DNA of 63,018 nt, counting the filler, from Piptocephalis cylindrospora (taxonomy: Eukaryota), in the NCBI GenBank assembly GCA_003614145.1. It is 17 parts of 17 records of this genome, joined end to end, with 100 filler letters (N's around TTAATTAATTAA, not from the genome) between each part and the next. Parts side by side here need not be neighbours in the genome. Positions count along the whole stretch, not along the records: positions 1 to 3,659 come from KZ988646.1; positions 3,760 to 7,416 come from KZ988647.1; positions 7,517 to 11,172 come from KZ988648.1; 14 more parts are not named here. One strand, written 5' to 3'. The position numbers and the translations under genes are program-made. Positions 1 through 10,833 of the stretch are shown here, piece after piece. How positions within the stretch are numbered: the stretch's first letter is position 1; each line of letters begins with the position of its first letter. The notes under the pieces are model-generated. The model did no database searches. It was not told the origin of the DNA and saw only the letters and a program-made list of their open reading frames with translations.

Positions 1-387
1 AAGGACCTCTAAAGCAGCTTCTGGTCATCTCTGTGTCTACATAAGACCTAGATGCGATAAAAGTATTCTAATCATCCAGAAGCGGGAGAGCGAATGTACT
101 GTTGTGATTATTGTGATCAAGGACTCTATCCTTCATCGGGGAAGAGATGCAGATCTTACGTGTAGGGCAAAGTAATAAATGGGGGGAAGGGAGGGGAAGG
201 GGGTATTGTTGATCAAATCAAAACACAACACAACACAACACAACGACATCATCCATCACGATATGTGATAATTATCCCAATTCATGTCCCCATCACGTGC
301 AAATCGGGGCATTACTAAAATGATTATAAATTTACCCATTCACTGTACATATCAGATTTAGAAATAAACCCCTTGGATTCCATCCAA

Positions 388-1334
388 CTAGCCACTACCT
401 TTTCGAACTTGGGCAACGAGATAATACTCGGAAGAATCCTTTCTGGAAGCGGCAGGCTTATGGATGGAAACCTTTTGAAAGAGGGAGCGAAGACGATTGC
501 GCAGCTCTAGATCCTCTGATCCCATAAAGTACTATGGGGGAGGGAGGGAGGATGGTGAATATGCCTTGTGAGGAAGGTACATGGTCATCGTGAGGACAAA
601 GAAGCCGATACCTTGCATACGAAGTGGCCTCCTGGTAATAGGAATGTTTCTGCCCAAGCCAAGGCAAGTTCACACAAATGCTATAAAGAGTAAAAGGGGA
701 ATATTCAAAACATGCCCTAGTCATTCGTCTCATTCTCATCCTTCACTTACCATGGACCTCGCATGATCCACTTGCTTGTTCCCTAGAGCAAGGGAAAAGA
801 ATGTGATTAGCCATGTCCTTGGTAATCTCCTCCCTTTCCCCCCCTTTTCTATTCATTACCAGTCATGGAAGGAGCCATGTCGGATAGGACGACATGGATA
901 GATGGCTTTGCATCAGCGACAGCAGTAGAAGAAGAATGACCCAAGAGGTTAATGAGCTTTTGCTGAACCTCTAGAGCAGCAAGATCCCCTTGGATAAAAT
1001 CCACACCAGGGATGGGTTGCATGGGGAGAAGATCTACAGCAAGGACGCGACCCCCAGAGGATTTGCCCACGGCTTGGGCAGCCACCTGACTCCAGCCTCC
1101 GGGGGAAGCCCCACAGTCCAGAACACGGGAGCCTGGGGTGAAAAGTCGATACTTTTCCTGTAGCTGAAGCAATTTAAAGGCTGAGCGTGCTCGATACGGG
1201 GAGGACGCCGCAGCCTTAACATATGGATCCCGCATCTGCCTGGCTAACCAGGCCTTGGAGGAGGAGGTTGAGGCCTGTCGGGAACCGAGGAAGGACAGTG
1301 AGGCATGAGGATATCCAAGTCGTATCCAGAGCAT
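388..1334 (-). CDS. MRM2: Mitochondrial rRNA 2'-O-methyltransferase, FtsJ/RrmJ family (4 exons)
   Basis: WLARQMRDPYVKAA..YRARSAFKL, VLDCGASPGGWSQ, VLSDMAP. GT-AG introns at about 859-783, 750-681 and 611-532 join to GNKQVDHARSM / HLCELAL..GGHFVCK / KPAASRKDSSEYY. Stop TAG at 390-388. Confidence 0.9.
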
Positions 1335-2189
1335 GGGGCTTGTTTTGTACGGAAAAGGGGGAATGTAGAGCTGATGGGCACTTGACAAGATGTCAGGGAT
1401 GTAAGTAGATCGTGCTTCAATCTACCTCCACTTGTCAAAATACTCTCAAATGACCGAGCCTGTCAGTGGACTGACACGCTTTCCTTGAGAGTTTGAGTAA
1501 ACCTTTTTTTTCTTGCAATGAAATGGTCCGAGATATACTCTATCAATCAAGTTCACGCTATCCCATTGGCCTTTGTAACCATCTCCCTGGGGAAATCTCT
1601 TGTAGTCCCCTTCTCTAAGCACAACGCAACAAGACATTGAAACGTAAACTGGGAGGCTAGAGGCTCCACTTCGCCCCCTTTATATTCGCTATCAACTGGG
1701 CGGTGACAACACGCGACATAGCCCTGCCCCTATTCTGCCCCCTACAAAAGGACCGCGCTGTCAGGAAAGAGGCACAGGAAAGCAGAAAGGGAGAGGAAGA
1801 GGAAGAGCTCCATGATATCTTTACCTCCGCCAGACCCTTGCCCTGCTGACCATACCCACACACTGACTAAATTCAGCTCAGCCCAACCCTCCTTCTCGTC
1901 CCCCTCCCCCTTTCCTTTTCCTCATCCCACCCTCCTTCCAGTCCTGGATCCTCGAGCTGCCCCATCTCTCTCACACACTCTTTCTCTGGTTGTGGTCCTT
2001 GAGAGCGTCACCCTCATCTCCCTTTGCTAGATACAACCCAAGCAAGCCATCTTCCCTCCTGGTTCAGCTTGACGCTCTCCTCTCCCCTTTTGTCATTTTC
2101 ACGTCTTTGTTCCGGTGACCTCTGGGAGATTGCCCTTCCCTTTCCCCCCTCCCCTCACTTTGTTCTCATAGTCTGCAACACACCCAAAA

Positions 2190-3085
2190 ATGAACCACAC
2201 AGATAGTACTGTCAACGAGGAGGATAAACATCCAAAGGAAAATGCTCCCACTCTTGATCAGGCCTCGGCAGCAGACACATCCGATGTCGACATGACTTCA
2301 GAGTCAGCCCCGCTTCAGCAAGAGGCCTCTGACATGGACACAATCGCCCAAAATACTGAACCAGAGCCTCTTGCTTGCGAGACAGAAAATTCACACTCTG
2401 ACACTCCTATCTTGGCTCCTGAAGAGACAGTGGATGCCAGACGCCTTAGTGATCAGACCGAGTCAGCCCCTCAGGAGCCGGATATCTCCCCTACAGTCCA
2501 ACCCGACACCCTCCCATCCAATTCTGAAGTTCCTGTGGATGGGGATACTCCAATGGTCGACGTCCCTACCCCAATCATTAGTGCACCAGAGGAGGAGGAG
2601 CGACCGCCACTGGGTGAAGAAACCAACAGTGGTGATGTTCCTGAGGGGACCTTAGATCATTCTTCTTCGGATAGTCATTCAATGCAGTCTTCCACGGAAT
2701 CCTCCTCGAATACCCATTCAACGCAATCTTCTACGGCACTTCCCTCCTCCTCCCTCAGATCGAGTCACTCTCCGAGTCTAGCAGTAGATCTGGCCTCTGC
2801 AGGCCCAGGAAAGAAGAACCCAAGAAGGAGCACTCGGGATGTTAAAATTCATCTGAGTGATGACTTTGTCTATGCGAACCTTCCGGGCAGCAAGGGAACT
2901 CACGAAGAGTATGACGGTGCACACGAGGCTTCTAATGCATCAGCGACTCGCTCCACCACCGACGCTCAGACCTCTGAAGACGGATCTGAACAAGAGGAAG
3001 ATGCTTCTGAGGAGGATTGTTGGTGCTTTTGCCGAACTCCCGAATTTACTTCAGTCATGGTCCAGTGTGAACAGTGCGAGGAATG
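2190..3085 (+). CDS. PHD-finger protein, 5' part (acidic low-complexity N-terminus; possibly Spp1/Cfp1-like)
   Basis: Ends in CWCFCRTPEFTSVMVQCEQCEEW followed by a GTGAGT donor. The second half of the PHD finger is on the opposite strand (next feature). Confidence 0.75.
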
Positions 3086-3121
3086 GTGAGTTCCTTTCCT
3101 TTACCAATTTAACTGCTCCTC

Positions 3122-3519
3122 GGTCGAATTAGCTTGTTCAGTGACGCCACCACGGATAGCCCCGCGCATACATCCCTCAACGCAACAAGTCCGCCAAAAT
3201 TGCTTGGCCTATTCCATTTACATGGGTCAGGAAAAAAAGATATGAGTACAAGGCATGATGAATAAGGTGACCAATCATGAGAGGACTTACCCAAGTCTCA
3301 AAGGAAATGCCAGCATCTGAATGATAAAGATTCATGGATTGAGCTTGCTTGGAACCAGCGGTCTTCTCGGCTTGAAGACGACGCTGATAACGCTCATGAA
3401 CCTTCTTAGCGCGAGCCCACATGGCGGGTTCCCACTCGAGGCCCTGACAAGGCCTGCAGACGTAATCGCCCATGGCGTTGACCTCGCGCTTGGTCAACCC
3501 TAAACAGCCAATATGGTAC
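3122..3519 (-). CDS. Inverted continuation exons of the same PHD-finger gene
   Basis: After a CTAG acceptor: YHIGCLGLTKREVNAMGDYVCRPC (C-terminal half of the PHD), then an intron (GTAAGT..ATAG), then AKQFWRTCCVEGCMRGA. Confidence 0.7.
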
Positions 3520-3659
3520 CTAGTAGGATTGAGAAGGAAGAATAATGAGAAGCTAGTAGAGAGAGGAGCAGTTAAATTGGTAAAGGAAAGGAACTCACCA
3601 TTCCTCGCTCCCTCTTTCAAAAGGTTTCCATCCATAAGCCTGCCGCTTCCAGAAAGGAT

Positions 3660-3759
3660 NNNNNNNNNNNNNNNNNNNNNNNNNNNNNNNNNNNNNNNNN
3701 NNNTTAATTAATTAANNNNNNNNNNNNNNNNNNNNNNNNNNNNNNNNNNNNNNNNNNNN
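3660..3759. other. Artificial 100-bp contig linker (first of 16)
   Basis: N44-TTAATTAATTAA-N44 (stops in all six frames). Identical linkers start at 3660, 7417, 11173, 14928, 18566, 22309, 26045, 29773, 33496, 37218, 40933, 44646, 48358, 52064, 55650 and 59338. Contig lengths mostly decrease (3659, 3657, 3656, 3655 ... 3581). Confidence 0.99.
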
Positions 3760-3779
3760 CAACTGATATATGGAGTTAG

Positions 3780-4239
3780 GTGGGAGCCTCTGGATGTCCT
3801 CTTTCTGGATATGCCCCCAGGGACAGGTGACCTGCATCTCAGCTTGTGTCAACAAATCGGTCTAGATGGAGCGGTAGTAGTCACTACACCTCAAGACGTT
3901 GCCCTGGAGGATGTTCGACGAGGTATTGGCATGTATGAAAAGTTTGGAATTCACATTTACGGGGTGGTCGAGAATATGAGCTATTTTCACTGCCCAAACT
4001 GTCAGCATCACTCCCACATCTTCGGATCGGGTGGAGGGGATCGTCTGGCCAAGGAATACGGAATCCCCATGCTTGGAGCCGTGCCCTTGGCCGAGCAAGT
4101 TCGTTCTTCTTCCGATCAAGGTACTCCCATCTCCCTAGGTTCTGGTCAGATTCCTGAGGCTTACACCGTCATCGCACGACGGATCAGTGATGGTTGGAAG
4201 GGTGAAGGGGATGGTGAGGATTTGGGAGGAAACAAATAG
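3780..4239 (+). CDS. IND1: Mrp/NBP35-family Fe-S assembly ATPase, Ind1/NUBPL-like (3' part only)
   Basis: WEPLDVLFLDMPPGTGD, GAVVVTTPQDVAL, GVVENMSYFHCPNC..HIFGSGG. 5' end cut by the contig edge. Confidence 0.8.
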
Positions 4240-4353
4240 AGTCGTATAATCCCATTTCTAGAGTATTTACGATAGTGGCATGTTCTATTTTGTCTTTCGT
4301 TTCCTCAGGCACGTTGCCCTGTCCATATCTCCAACTATTTCTTTCATTCCCCT

Positions 4354-6132
4354 CTAACTGGCCACATACTCATACGGGTCCACATGGAGCTTCATCGAGC
4401 CATACAAAACCCGCATCCTACCCTCCTGCCATGCCGGGATGATGGTCATGCACCGTCCAGTCCCAGAGTGCCATGCTCCGCCCTGTCGACCCGTCCTTCC
4501 GGACACATGTACATAGCTCATGATGCTCTTAGGAGCTCCAAGAAAGAAGACCCACTCGCATCCCGGGATGTCAAGACCTCTAGCAGTTTGCTCCCCGCCT
4601 ACCCAAAAGGTTGTTGTTCTTGCCGGACACTTTCCTGCAGAATTCGTCTCCTCATCCTTCCCGCGTATAACATTTGCTCGGCGATGCAGAATGTGGGTAA
4701 GGGCGGCTTGGTCCAGGACTTTGGCGGGTAAACCCTGTCGAAGAAGCCCCCCGCTAATGTCCTCCATGGAGTAGGAGGCTGGAGCAAAGACGAGTACATC
4801 CTGCGGTGGGTGCTCAGGATCGAGGATTCCAGAGAGTTGGGCAACTATGGCGACGGCCTCGGTGGTCGTATCCACGAAAAATGTACGTTTCTCCTGCTCT
4901 ACTTGCTTCGCCAGCTCTTCCCTTTGCTTTTTGCTCAAATTTTCACCTTTGGCCTTCGTGGGTCGGCTTCCCTTGGTGGCATGTTCCCTGGCCTCCCCCT
5001 TCTCCTCTTCTGATTCCGCTGCCTCCTCTGCCTCCCTATCTTCCTTATTCTGATAATTCCTCACTTTGGCTCCCTCATCCAGAACCAAGCAATGATGCTG
5101 TATCCTTGGGGCAACCCGAACCGTTCCATCGGTTCCATCGAGGAAAAGCATGGGCTTTCCCCCCTTCTCATTCTCACTCTCCTCTCTCAAGTTCTTCTGG
5201 GCTCCTAACCATCCCCGATAATGCGCGTAATTGCGTAGAGGAACAGACATGGTGGCGGAGACTAGGATGACCTGGGGCTTACTTCGGCTCTCCTTCTCGC
5301 TCCCTCTACACCATACATCCATAAGGATAGAGGTGGGGGATGGGTGACGTTCCCGATGGAATCTTTGTCGAATGGAAGCATGCTTCCTTGGGAGCTTCAC
5401 CAAGGTATCCGCTTCATCTAGTACAATCGACCGGGTATGATCCGTGTCAAACAGACCTTTCCCATACAGTTCCTGCACGTACCCAGGGGTGCCTACCAGA
5501 ATATGGGGTGTGGTGTATTTGAGCGATTCCTCGGCGCTAACATCGGCGAAGGCATCTCGCACTGCAACCTGAATAATAGGGTCCAAGTTGGGGACGACCG
5601 ACGAGGGAATGAGAAGACGTGTCCATTGCAAGAATTGTTGAGCCAGTTCCCGGGAGGGTGTCAACACAATAGCCGTCGGAGATGTGTCCCGTGCGTTCCG
5701 TCGTCGGGTCGACAAAATGGCTAAAAGTATCCCTAGGCTCTTTCCACTTCCAGTCACGTCCCGAACTAGAAGATCCGGTTTGTCGTGTAAGATATGTGGA
5801 ATCAGTCGTTCCTGGATCACCGAAGGCTGGGTGATCTTTAGCTCAGAGGCTAGCATGGATACAAGGGTGGATCGGATACCCAAGTCGCTGAAAGAACCAG
5901 CCGCCTCCGCCGAGAGCTCAGATAGCTGGGTCGAGTAGAGTTGGGAGCTCTGTCTGATAGAGCGACCGTGAGCTAAAGAGCTGGGCTTAGGGAGGAAAAC
6001 CGGCTGTCGCGCCAGTGCCCTCAAATTAGATGTATATCTCACAACGCCAAAGAACGGGGCATGCTGTCCTCGAAGAGGGAGGAAGCGTCCAGGTCGCGTT
6101 ACGAGGTTAGCCAAGGTATTTCGACCTTGCAT
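4354..6132 (-). CDS. DEAD-box RNA helicase, probably mitochondrial
   Basis: Q motif (FSDLGI..PSVIQ), TGSGKS, PSRELA, LDEAD, SAT, ARGLDIP, HVSGRTGR. Arg-rich, acid-poor N-terminus resembles a targeting peptide. First ATG at 6132. Confidence 0.88.
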   Translation of the reverse strand: MQGRNTLANLVTRPGRFLPLRGQHAPFFGVVRYTSNLRALARQPVFLPKPSSLAHGRSIRQSSQLYSTQLSELSAEAAGSFSDLGIRSTLVSMLASELKITQPSVIQERLIPHILHDKPDLLVRDVTGSGKSLGILLAILSTRRRNARDTSPTAIVLTPSRELAQQFLQWTRLLIPSSVVPNLDPIIQVAVRDAFADVSAEESLKYTTPHILVGTPGYVQELYGKGLFDTDHTRSIVLDEADTLVKLPRKHASIRQRFHRERHPSPTSILMDVWCRGSEKESRSKPQVILVSATMSVPLRNYAHYRGWLGAQKNLREESENEKGGKPMLFLDGTDGTVRVAPRIQHHCLVLDEGAKVRNYQNKEDREAEEAAESEEEKGEAREHATKGSRPTKAKGENLSKKQREELAKQVEQEKRTFFVDTTTEAVAIVAQLSGILDPEHPPQDVLVFAPASYSMEDISGGLLRQGLPAKVLDQAALTHILHRRANVIRGKDEETNSAGKCPARTTTFWVGGEQTARGLDIPGCEWVFFLGAPKSIMSYVHVSGRTGRQGGAWHSGTGRCMTIIPAWQEGRMRVLYGSMKLHVDPYEYVAS

Positions 6133-6648
6133 ATCCAATAATAGAGGAGGCCGCGTGTGAGGATGGTGGAGAGGAGGGCCGAGTAGCGTAAGGAAAAAAG
6201 ATCAGGTCCAGGTTAGCCTCGGATCTTTAGAATGATTATTACACTTCCGCATCTGCACCTTTCTGGCCATCCTCCTTCCTTGGACAAAGTCCAAGGACAG
6301 ACTAGCCGTGGTTGGATAAGGGTATGAAAAAGCCACGGCTCTTTGTGGCAATTTTTGCCAATTGCGGGGGAAATTGGCCGACTTGAGGGACTGGCGGTAC
6401 TACGCCTATCGCGTCGTGAACTGGCCAACCCCATCTTGGTCCGGCAACTTGGTCTGGCAACTTGGTCCTCAAAGGCGACGCTTCTCGACCCATCAGGTGC
6501 TACCGGGTGGTCCTAGTGCGCCTGTAAATATAGAGTGATAAGGTCAACCCTGAAGTAGGATTCCGTAAGCATTCCAGTGGAAGACACAATCATTCTTTTC
6601 TACTCAACCAACCCAGTTCCTATTTCCTCCTCCTCCTCCCTCACGGCC

Positions 6649-7285
6649 ATGCCGGAAAGAAAGGTGCCGATTTTCGACATCCAGGCCGAGACTGATACCT
6701 TGCTGCACCATCGTGTCCTCGCTCAACGAGATTACTCCTCCTTTCAAGGGAAGCACACCCCACTGATCATCGACAATGGTTCCTACGAGTGTCGTGTAGG
6801 CTGGGCTGGAGAGACTGATCCTAGAGGTGAGTCCTTTTTCCTTGGGTGGCTAGAACCGGACTTTATTGAGGACACGTCGTCTGATTCTCTCACTTATCCC
6901 TCCCATCCCTCCTCGTTCGACCGATCTCTTACGGGATGAATCGTTCATATTAGTGCGATTTGAAAACATGGTGGCCAAATACCGGGATCGAGCCGTCAAT
7001 AACCAAGTTATTCGGGTGGGCCCCGATGCCCTCAATGACCCTTCCATTCGGACCCATGCTCGTTCCCCTTTTGATGGAGGGATTCTGTTCAGTTCGGATT
7101 TACTGGTAGGGTCTCTTGGTGATCATATCATTCTTTCCAAGGGCTATACCTCTTATCACTCATCCATTATCAATAGCAATATAGCCTAGACTACGCCTTT
7201 TTCAAGATGGGCTTGGAGGGGGAACGGGTCGATCACCCTGTTCTGCTCACCGAGGCTGTGTGTAATCCCGCTGCCTCTAGGAAGA
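6649..7285 (+). CDS. ARP5: Actin-related protein 5 (INO80 complex), 5' part
   Basis: PLIIDNGSYECRVGWAGETDPR / FENMVAKYRDR..RSPFDG / LDYAFFKMG..VDHPVLLTEAVCNP. Three exons with GT-AG introns; truncated near a poly-G run at the contig end. Confidence 0.85.
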
Positions 7286-7595
7286 GTAAGCGCTTGGCAG
7301 TGGGGGGGGGGGGGGGGGGGGGGGGGGGGGAAGTTTTTTTTTAAAACTCATCTCATCATGAAAATCCCCGACAGGGGTCACGTCATCCATTTTTAAAAAT
7401 AAGAAAATTCTTCCCTNNNNNNNNNNNNNNNNNNNNNNNNNNNNNNNNNNNNNNNNNNNNTTAATTAATTAANNNNNNNNNNNNNNNNNNNNNNNNNNNN
7501 NNNNNNNNNNNNNNNNTCCTCTTGGCGATCCTCTGCGCTCCCTCATATGCCCTGGAGCTTAGGCGGCGACATTATTTACAATACTCTGGATTGTC

Positions 7596-7940
7596 ACCTA
7601 TTCGTTGTTGAAAAATATATTATCTCATGGGGAAAATGCACCCAAAAGATTAAATTGTCACCTATTCACCAGAAAGTAGCAATAATAAACAGCGAAACGT
7701 ATTGGGAAAATTACAATCTTCCTTTTTCCTAACAGCCTTCACCTATTCACCAGGAATAATGATGGAAGATATTGCAAAAAATTGAAATATAAACACATTC
7801 TCTCTGAAATCATGTCGGTAATTTTGAAACCAAAAATAGACTGAGCGGAAAGCAGTTTCATGTCTGCGACAAAGGTGTGAATTTGTGTAGTCTTTTGGGT
7901 GCATTTTCCCCATGAGACAATCAAATTTTCAACAATGAAG
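7596..7940. mobile_element. Candidate MITE-like element: inverted pair of a dispersed repeat
   Basis: Perfect 27-bp inverted repeat TCTCATGGGGAAAATGCACCCAAAAGA (7623-7649 vs 7891-7917) inside longer imperfect arms. The same motif recurs at about 11982-12058 and 59655-59710. No target-site duplication identified. Confidence 0.55.
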
Positions 7941-8209
7941 GTAGCTTCATAATCGTGGGAATCTTTGTGGGGCATTCGGAGCCTGACAAGACGCTGACAG
8001 CGCGCTCTGTAAGCGAGTGTGGGGAGACCAGGGCGGGAAGATGGGAAAGGGAGTCCAACATGCTTGAGATGGATTACGTCAACACAGCCCATATCTTGGT
8101 GCCTTACGCCTCCCCTCACCCCAATCGGACACTTCAGTACTTCTAAATCGGTCCACTTTCTTCTTCCTTGCACTTCCCCTACTCCCACCCTATAAGCAGG
8201 TCAATAACA

Positions 8210-9771
8210 ATGAATCCACTGGATCCCTCTTCGTTTCATCATGAAATGATTCAACTTGAACACCTCAAGTACCGTACGTAGAGAATGGGGCAGAAAAGAG
8301 ATGAAGGATTAAGTCACTCACGTAGACTTATGGGAGAGTAGATGTGGTCGTGGAGGGAAAGGGAGACCCAATCCTCCTTTGCCATGGGTTTCCTGATGTA
8401 AGTTCTGATGTGCTATTTCCCAGGAAAGAATGACGCCCTTATCATTCATCGACATGGACCCTAGCTGTGGTATGGATGGAGATACATCATCCCCCTTTTA
8501 GTTAAGGCGGGATACAAGGTAATTGTCCCGGACCTTCCAGGTTATGGGCAAACGGTAAGAAAAAGCATTGGGGGATGTGCTCTATCTTGTGTCATACCAA
8601 CACGTTTCCCTCGTCATGTCCATGAAAGGAGCAACCCAAGGAGCTGGAGAACCTTACTTTTGCTCACATTTGTGAGGATCTTAATGCGTTACTTGATCGC
8701 TTGGACATTCCCACAGTCACCCTCCTCGGTCATGACTGGTGAGTTGGGTGGGGATGCAACTCAAGGCGGTCCATTTCTCACTGTACGGACGATGGTACAA
8801 ATGACTAGGGGAGGAATGGTGGTGTGGAGAATGGTGAATAGGTATCCCAAGAGAATCAAGGCTGTGATCAGCCTGTGTACTCCGTACACCCCAGCCAATT
8901 CACAGTTTGTTCCCTTGGACAAGGTGATCCAGGCGATTCCTAGCTTTAAGTACCAGGTAAGTGGGACTGGGAGATGATGTGGGGCATCATGTTCTTCCCC
9001 TCGCACTCCTCTCATCGGTGGGACCCTCGAGCAGAAATTATTTGCCACGGAAGAGGCAGTCGAGTCGTTTAATGAGAATGTAAGGTGGAACCGCATGGGA
9101 TAGGTTTGGGGATAGAGCTACGCATTGACACGATGAACAGCTTGAGGGGTTTTTCCAGAAAATTTATCAGTCAGGGGAGGCTCCAATCGTTCCCTATGAT
9201 GAGGCGCACCCTACCTCATCGACGACCGCACCCAGCACACTCATCTTGAATGATCAGGTGAGCGATCCCTCTACTGTCTCTCCCCGTCCTGTGTTGATCT
9301 AACCGTTCCTTTGGAGAAAACAGGAACTAGACTACTATATGGAGCAATTCCGCCCACATGGATTGTACTGGCCACTGGGTTGGTACAGGACCCGAAAGCT
9401 GAATTTTGATGCAGATAAGGCCCTGGAACGGAAGATTGATCGACCCTGTCTCATGGTGAGTGCGTGGAACGAGGAGAGAGATACTGCAAAGGAAGACTCA
9501 ACCAGGAGTGATAGATCTGTGCGGAAAAGGACCAGGCTCTGCCACCTTCATTGACCAACGGGATGGATCAATGGATCGCGGATCTTGACATCAAGGTAAC
9601 GGGTGAAGAGATGGATGAGCTATCTAGACGTATCCACCCTGACCTTTCTCCATGTTCCAGACCATCCCAAAGGTGGGGCATTTTGTTCAGATGGAGGCCC
9701 CTGACCAAGTTATCTCTCTTGTCCTCCCCTTTCTGGACCGTGTCCACCAGGGCAAGAGGGGGAAATTGTAA
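8210..9771 (+). CDS. Soluble epoxide hydrolase-like alpha/beta hydrolase (about 10 exons)
   Basis: Spliced motifs ILLCHGFPD, WYGWRY, VPDLPGYG, nucleophile GHDWGG, acid in AEKDQAL, catalytic His in VGHFVQMEAP. Ends -RGKL*. About nine short GT-AG introns. Confidence 0.88.
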
Positions 9772-10538
9772 TGGGTCTGGAAAGAAGGGATTTCAGGAGG
9801 ACCCACCTACTCAGCCCCAACCACAGCGAAGGCGCAATCCGTGCGGATGATGATCAACAACGAAAATGGCGTCGGAAAGCATCCAGTATCACCCCTGCAA
9901 CTCACACTCAAGAGAAGGCTCCATCAGAGAGAGGAGCCGCATTCTAAATAGGCCGACCATATCAAATTCAGACACCACGCCCTAGAAGGATGAAAAAACC
10001 CCACCCCAGCTCGCCTCCTCTCCCAAACCCTGCCTTTTTTTGAATATCTATTCACACTTCTACTCTCTCCCCTGTCCGCGTCTAAAAATACTGCAGTGCT
10101 CCCCACACAGCATTCAATGCATCAGCAGCGAAATAGGGTAAAAAGGTTAAACCGATATTGGGGGGTGGCTAGGGCGACAAAAACACGGGCCTCCCTCTCC
10201 TCCATCCCTCCTTTCATCCCCCATAGACACAGTCGCTGTCCACCGATCTCCTGAACGACTGTATATGTGTGTGCGCCTCTCTTGCTGCATTGATGGAGAA
10301 AAAGGCCTTACAACACACTCATGCAACCTTATCTCCCGCTCTCTCCCTCGATGTGCGCACTGGTGTATAAGTCAAAGAGAGAGCAGTACGGCGCATGACT
10401 TGACCATCCACAGTCTCACATCCTCTCTGCAGCAAGAGGGGGAGAGGCAGTACAGACAAGTGAACCACTCACTGAAGCGAATGATGTCATGATATAGGGT
10501 GATATTGGGGAAAATCCCCAGGACATGGCGCGCGCCTT

Positions 10539-10833
10539 TCACCTTGTCACACACCCACCAACTGTACCAGAGAGCAGAGGGGGGAGGGGGGCGAAGGGAG
10601 AGGACCAGCCCCTGCTTCTCTTTCCGACACCCCCTCTTCACATCCATCTCACAGCGGATATCTCCCATGCCGAAGCAAGCTCCAATCCCTGACGTCATTG
10701 AAGACGACTCCGCTCGCAGAGTCAGGACCTCCGAAGCAGAATAATTGGTACGGGTCAACAGAGGTCCCGGATGATAATTGAACAGACATGAGCATTCGCA
10801 TGGGATTTGAGAGTCCGAAGGGGTTTTTTGTTT
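10539..10833 (-). CDS. Candidate conserved small peptide / uORF resembling the PTP4A (PRL) leader peptide; no in-frame AUG before the motif
   Basis: Frame reads IPCECSCLFNYHPGPLLTRTNYSASEVLTLRAESSSMTSGIGACFGMGDIR. A putative intron 10652-10562 (GTGAGA..TACAG) gives ..FGGCVTR*. The family resemblance is from memory and unverified. Confidence 0.55.

Noticed and set aside
6435..6468. 2.6 copies of a 13-bp tandem repeat between the helicase and ARP5
   Set aside because: Too short, with no spacers; ordinary slippage repeat, not CRISPR-like.
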